Below, one piece after another: positions 59,377 to 64,000 of a DNA stretch of 64,000 nucleotides. The stretch comes from Candidatus Omnitrophota bacterium. Its GTDB lineage: Bacteria > Omnitrophota > Gorgyraeia > Zapsychrales > JANLHA01. The translations under genes were made by a program, and so were the position numbers. Every line of letters starts with the position of its first letter. The first letter of the stretch is position 1. Location of the stretch: contig JACKFI010000001.1 of assembly GCA_020632555.1 (NCBI GenBank), positions 133,152 through 197,151 of the forward strand. The letters are read 5' to 3'. The notes under the pieces were generated by a model. The model saw only the letters and a list, made by a program, of their open reading frames with translations, did not search any database and had not been told where the DNA came from.

Positions 59377-62300
59377 TTACAACTTGGGCGAAAGAACAAT
59401 AACGCCAGATTTTACAGTACTGGTATCCTGATCTTGCGGATAAGCCGCAACAACCGTATCTCCACTTAAAGCAATACTCTGCCCAAAATTGAGAATACCG
59501 GCTCCTGCTAAATTATACGCCCAGGCAAAAGAATTATTGGCCTGACGTTTAAAAACAATCACTGAATCCGTTGTATGTATCGAACCTAACGAGAAGGTTT
59601 TAGGATGCATCGCAACGGCGACAGTATTGTCTTTGGCCGTAAGGCTGATAATCGCACTGCTCGAATGCCACGGCAAGCTTAAGCGAGAATACGATGTATT
59701 CCACGTGCTAACCGGCGCTCCATACGGAGCATTGCGCATTTCATTAAAAATAAAAACATTACTCAAAAGAGTAATATCAGGAACAGCACTCAACGCAACA
59801 ATAAGCTGATGACCAACAACCTTGGTTGCCGTCAAAACAGCCTCAGCATTCTGCGGCGTTAATAACCCTATCTCTTGACCAAAATTAGCTATATCGTTTT
59901 CATACGTTTTTTCTAATGTCCAGAGACCTTGTCCTTTGTAACGATAGATAAAGATTTTACTCTTTTCGGTTTCCGAAGCTTTGGGCGCGCCAACTGCAAT
60001 AATCCCATCACCGACAGCTACCGATTGAGCAAATTGAACTTTACCAGCTTCCACTCCAGACAACTTCAATGTGGCCGCATAAGCCCATGCACCATTGTTA
60101 CGACTGATCACATACACAACTTTAGCCGACGGTAAAGAAACCGCCAAGCTGTCTGACGAAAGAGCCAGTTTCATATTACTAACTAAAGCTGGATCTAAAT
60201 TATCAATTTTACTAAGATCCAATTTATTGCCAGCTTGAACCCAAGCATTATTAACTTTGGAGAAAAAATAAAGACTGCTCTGCGCTTGCACAACCAACGC
60301 ATCTTTATTAGCCGCCAAAGTCTTGCCAAACTGATCACCATCTGCCAAACCTACAGGCGCGATAATCGCGGGCACAGGCACAGACTGTGTTGCATCAACA
60401 GGCATGCTCTTATATTGATAAACAACACCTTTGCCATTAACACTAGGGGCTCCGACGAATAATTCATTGCTCTCTTGCAAAACAGCAACGCTTTGCGCAA
60501 AACCAATGTTAAACTGCGGCGTTGCCAAACGGCCTGCTGACAGATTATCCAAATTGCTATAATACTCACCAACCGTGATTTTATCAGCTGGCTTTTTTAT
60601 AGCAGCAATAAATGAATCCATCACAAATTTTGCTTTCGCAGGATCTTTTAATGCCCAAATATTTTGAAAATACTTATTCATTGCATACTTTGTGTTCCAA
60701 AGCATTTTACTATCATAATAGTTACCAACGTTTGTTTTATCTGCCGGATTAAGAACTACGGCTATAATGGATTCCATCACAAACTTCTCTTTGGCAGGAT
60801 CCTTCGCCTGCGCCAAAATCGAAACATAACTATTGATTGCCGCTTGAGCTTTAAGCACAGCCGTTTGATCATAATACTGCCCAATTGTGGTTTTATCCGC
60901 AGGATTTAAAACTGTGGCCAACAATGATGTCATCACAAACTTCGCCTTAGCTGGATCTTCGTTCCCAGCCGATAAAACTGTGAAATAATTGTCAATCGCG
61001 ACTTTCGCTTTTGTCACCGCCACTTGATCCAAATACTGACCAATTGCGGTTTTGTCGGCAGGATTTAAAACTGTGGCCAACAATGATGTCATCACAAACT
61101 TCGCCTTAGCTGGATCTTCGTTCCCAGCCGATAAAACTGTGAAATAATTGTCAATCGCGGCTTTCGCTTTTGTCACCGCCACTTGATCCAAATACTGACC
61201 AATTGCGGTTTTGTCGGCAGGATTTAAAACTGTGGCCAACAATGATGTCATCACAAACTTCGCCTTAGCTGGATCTTCGTTCCCAGCCGATAAAACTGTG
61301 AAATAATTGTCAATCGCGGCTTTCGCTTTTGTCACCGCCACTTGATCCAAATACTGACCAATTGCGGTTTTGTCGGCAGGATTTAAAACTGTGGCCAACA
61401 ATGATGTCATCACAAACTTCGCCTTAGCTGGATCTTCGTTCCCAGCCGATAAAACTGTGAAATAATTGTCAATCGCGGCTTTCGCCTTTGTCACCGCCAC
61501 TTGATCCAAATACTGACCAATCGCGGTTTTGTCGGCGGGATTTAAAACCGTCGCAATCACTCTATCCATAACCAATTTTGCATTAACTGGATTTTGTACC
61601 GCAGCCAATAAAACCTGAAAATAATTATCAATTGTAATTTTAGAATTTGTTACCGCAGATTGATTGTAATAATCTCCAACAATCGCTTTTTCTGCAGGAT
61701 TCAAAACTGCAGCAATAGCCGAATCCATCGCCAGTTTTGCTTGCGCTGGATTTTTGGTAACAATCAACAATGTCGCAAAATAATCATCAATCGCAGCTTT
61801 AGCTTTATTAACAGCCATCTGAGACATTCCAATGCTGTAATAATTTGCAACAATGGTTTTGTCAGCAGCATTAAGAACCGTCGCCATTACAGCCTCCATA
61901 ACAGCTTTTGCCGTTGCTGGATTTTGCCCAGCGGCCAAAGCAGAAAAATAATTATCAATCGCAACTTTGGCCTTCACAATAGCTGTTTGGCCGTAATAAT
62001 TATTAACAATAAGTCTATCCGATGGATTAAGAACCGCCGCCATAGCGGCTTCCATGACAGTTTTCGCTATTGCTGGATTTTGCGCAGCCATCAAAGCAGA
62101 AAAATAATTATCAACCGCAGCTTTGGCCTTCACAATAGCCGTTTGGCCGTAATAATTATTAACAATAAGTTTATCTGATGGATTAAGAACCGCCGCCATA
62201 GCGGCTTCCATGACAGTTTTCGCTATTGCTGGATTTTGCGCAGCCATTAAAGCAGCAAAATACTTATCAATCGCCGCTTTGGCCTTCACAATAGCCGTTT

Positions 62301-63051
62301 GGCCGTAATAATTATTAACAATAAGTCTATCTGATGGATTAAGAACCGCCGCCATAGCGGCTTCCATGACAGTTTTCGCTATTGCTGGATTTTGCGCAGC
62401 CATCAAAGCAGCAAAATAATTATCAACCGCCGCTTTGGCCTTCACAATAGCTGTTTGGCCGTAATAATTACTAACAATAAGTTTATCTGATGAATTAAGA
62501 ACCGCCGCTATAGCGGCTTCCATGACAGTTTTCGCTATTGCTGGATTTTGCGCAGCCATCAAAGCAGCAAAATACTTATCAATCGCAGCTTTGGCCTTCA
62601 CAATAGCTGTTTGGCCGTAATAATTACTAACAATAAGTTTATCTGATGGATTAAGAACCGCCGCCATAGCGGCTTCCATGACAGTTTTCGCTATTGCTGG
62701 ATTTTGCGCAGCCATCAAAGCAGCAAAATAATTATCAACCGCCGCTTTGGCCTGAATAATAGCTGTTTGACCATAATAATTATTCACGATAGATCTATCT
62801 GCCGTGTTAACTACGGCAGCCATGGCCTGATCCATTGCAACCTTAGCTGCTGATGGATTCTGTCCACTCAACAAGACGCTAAAGTAATTGTCAATAGCCA
62901 CTTTAGCAGCTTCGACAGAAGTCAACTGCACTGCTGTCCCCACACTTGAACTTTGAGCATACACCATACTGGGCAATGCCAGCATGCCAAAACCAGCGCA
63001 CGCTCCCAACAATACAACAACAACCTTCTTAACCAAACTCTTTCGATTCAT
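59377..63051 (-). CDS. Large secreted repeat protein: ~20 tandem 48-aa alpha-helical repeats + C-terminal FG-GAP (integrin-alpha-like beta-propeller) repeats
   Basis: Signal peptide. Repeat unit NYYGQTAIVKAKAAVDNYFAALMAAQNPAIAKTVMEAAMAAVLNPSDKLIV. C-terminal QFGKTLAA, FAQSVAVGDG, FGQEIGL, FGQSIALSGD (FG-GAP-like). Confidence 0.7.
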   Translation of the reverse strand: MNRKSLVKKVVVVLLGACAGFGMLALPSMVYAQSSSVGTAVQLTSVEAAKVAIDNYFSVLLSGQNPSAAKVAMDQAMAAVVNTADRSIVNNYYGQTAIIQAKAAVDNYFAALMAAQNPAIAKTVMEAAMAAVLNPSDKLIVSNYYGQTAIVKAKAAIDKYFAALMAAQNPAIAKTVMEAAIAAVLNSSDKLIVSNYYGQTAIVKAKAAVDNYFAALMAAQNPAIAKTVMEAAMAAVLNPSDRLIVNNYYGQTAIVKAKAAIDKYFAALMAAQNPAIAKTVMEAAMAAVLNPSDKLIVNNYYGQTAIVKAKAAVDNYFSALMAAQNPAIAKTVMEAAMAAVLNPSDRLIVNNYYGQTAIVKAKVAIDNYFSALAAGQNPATAKAVMEAVMATVLNAADKTIVANYYSIGMSQMAVNKAKAAIDDYFATLLIVTKNPAQAKLAMDSAIAAVLNPAEKAIVGDYYNQSAVTNSKITIDNYFQVLLAAVQNPVNAKLVMDRVIATVLNPADKTAIGQYLDQVAVTKAKAAIDNYFTVLSAGNEDPAKAKFVMTSLLATVLNPADKTAIGQYLDQVAVTKAKAAIDNYFTVLSAGNEDPAKAKFVMTSLLATVLNPADKTAIGQYLDQVAVTKAKAAIDNYFTVLSAGNEDPAKAKFVMTSLLATVLNPADKTAIGQYLDQVAVTKAKVAIDNYFTVLSAGNEDPAKAKFVMTSLLATVLNPADKTTIGQYYDQTAVLKAQAAINSYVSILAQAKDPAKEKFVMESIIAVVLNPADKTNVGNYYDSKMLWNTKYAMNKYFQNIWALKDPAKAKFVMDSFIAAIKKPADKITVGEYYSNLDNLSAGRLATPQFNIGFAQSVAVLQESNELFVGAPSVNGKGVVYQYKSMPVDATQSVPVPAIIAPVGLADGDQFGKTLAANKDALVVQAQSSLYFFSKVNNAWVQAGNKLDLSKIDNLDPALVSNMKLALSSDSLAVSLPSAKVVYVISRNNGAWAYAATLKLSGVEAGKVQFAQSVAVGDGIIAVGAPKASETEKSKIFIYRYKGQGLWTLEKTYENDIANFGQEIGLLTPQNAEAVLTATKVVGHQLIVALSAVPDITLLSNVFIFNEMRNAPYGAPVSTWNTSYSRLSLPWHSSSAIISLTAKDNTVAVAMHPKTFSLGSIHTTDSVIVFKRQANNSFAWAYNLAGAGILNFGQSIALSGDTVVAAYPQDQDTSTVKSGVIVLSPKL
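60600..62940. repeat. Intragenic 144-bp tandem DNA repeats (two subfamilies; several copies 100% identical)
   Basis: e.g. identical 144-bp units through 60990-61500 and a second subfamily through ~61930-62760. Confidence 0.7.
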
Positions 63052-63402
63052 ATAAACTCTCCTGTAAAATTAGTTTTCATTGAATATTTAAAAAAACTTA
63101 AGCATCAAAGGTTAATGCTTGGTCGCCAAACCACGCCAGATCCATCGATTGTTATATAGGGAAGGGTGCAACAGGTGATTTAGCTTGAAGGCTCCATTTA
63201 AGGAAGCTTGAATCTTAACCAATGATCCTAAAGTCTTACTAGAAGCACAGGACTCTGAAAAAGAGCATTGAAATCATTACGTCAAATGTAACATGCCAAT
63301 TGAAAATTGGCAAATTAATTTGACTAACCCAAAAATCTGATATTAAGTGATTAATTAACACAAAAAACAACCCTAGAAAAGGGCTGAGAAATGGGTGCTT
63401 TG

Positions 63403-63588
63403 CTACTTTTGCAGCAAATACAAAATCAACAAACCGCCCAGAGCCAACAAAACGCCAATAAATCCGCGAAAAACGACCATTACATCATTCCACCACAACA
63501 AAACCAAGGTTATACCCGCAATCATCACTGATAACCCAAGAATAAAACGCAGAATCTTGCCAAATGTGGATGATGACTTAGGCTGCAT
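63403..63588 (-). CDS. Small membrane protein (2 TM), start placed at internal Met
   Basis: MQPKSSSTFGKILRFILGLSVMIAGITLVLLWWNDVMVVFRGFIGVLLALGGLLILYLLQK. The longer ORF would overlap the acyltransferase gene. Confidence 0.35.
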   Translation of the reverse strand: MQPKSSSTFGKILRFILGLSVMIAGITLVLLWWNDVMVVFRGFIGVLLALGGLLILYLLQK

Positions 63589-64000
63589 AATCAGACTCCT
63601 TATCCGTCTGTCGATTTTCAGGCACCTGCGTCTTCCACCGCCTGTGCATCCAGCCCCATTCATGCGGATATTTGCGAATATATCCTTCAATGATTTTTGT
63701 AATCTTGGCGACATTGGCAACAATCATCTCTTGGCTATCTTCACGCTGTTCCAATTGCATTTCCGGTTCAATGGCAATTTTATTAACATCATCTTCTTGA
63801 CGGCGAATAAAAATCGGCACAATCGGAGCCCCGGCTCTTTGCGCTAAAACAATCGGACCCGGCGCGGTTGCCGCTTTTTGTCCAAAAAAATCAACAAAAA
63901 CTCCGCCGCTGCTGCCAAAATTTTGATCCATTAAAATAAACACAATCTCATTATTACGCAAAGCTTTGAGCGTATCCATCACGGCTTTTTTGCGCGGCAA
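63578..64000 (-). CDS. Lysophospholipid/lipid-A-type acyltransferase (LPLAT family), C-terminal part; N-terminus beyond window
   Basis: Partial CDS running off the window end. C-terminal …IRKYPHEWGWMHRRWKT… resembles LpxL/HtrB-type acyltransferases. Confidence 0.5.
   Translation of the reverse strand: MPRKKAVMDTLKALRNNEIVFILMDQNFGSSGGVFVDFFGQKAATAPGPIVLAQRAGAPIVPIFIRRQEDDVNKIAIEPEMQLEQREDSQEMIVANVAKITKIIEGYIRKYPHEWGWMHRRWKTQVPENRQTDKESDYAA

Noticed and set aside
63395-63847. Plus-strand 150-aa ORF at the window end
   Set aside because: Overlaps the better-supported minus-strand small membrane protein and the acyltransferase C-terminus. No domain signal.

Overview
This is a 64-kb window of a Gram-negative-type bacterial chromosome (OM beta-barrel proteins with C-terminal Phe, Blc lipocalin, sigma54-type regulator). 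It is moderately AT-rich, and almost every gene lies on the minus strand.

Left third: a GlgE-pathway alpha-glucan operon (glgE, a treS/mak fusion, glgB, then a partial MscS-family gene) sits behind a TetR regulator with a palindromic operator. Next come a DedA + flavoprotein disulfide oxidoreductase pair, an ArsS-like radical-SAM gene with its two companion 'transferase' genes, envelope genes (a secreted GH5-like glycosidase, an outer-membrane protein, an M48 peptidase), and a lipid-themed cluster containing an orphan class I HMG-CoA reductase.

Middle (about 24.4-38.8 kb): an accessory island abutting tRNA-Met (CAU). It carries a PAS-LuxR regulator, Fic, an AbiEii/AbiEi pair, a TPR protein, rtcA-SPFH-rtcB with a divergent CARF-type RtcR, a HEPN/MNT pair and an IS256-family transposase. 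A sigma54-like 18-bp motif recurs four times in the island. A 14-nt copy of the tRNA 3' end sits about 170 bp from the tRNA.

Right part: the ftsB-eno operon, an FtsH-like protease and purN. Then three tandem paralogous secreted proteins that look like phage tail fibres (beta-repeats plus a C-terminal S74-type intramolecular chaperone domain). Beside them lie an MFS transporter and two tandem TMTC-like GT-C/TPR membrane glycosyltransferases. tRNA-Thr and tRNA-Phe are separated by tandem repeats that have captured the tRNA ends. The window ends with a 1224-aa secreted protein built from about twenty 48-aa repeats (near-identical at DNA level) plus FG-GAP repeats.

No CRISPR array and no rRNA were seen.
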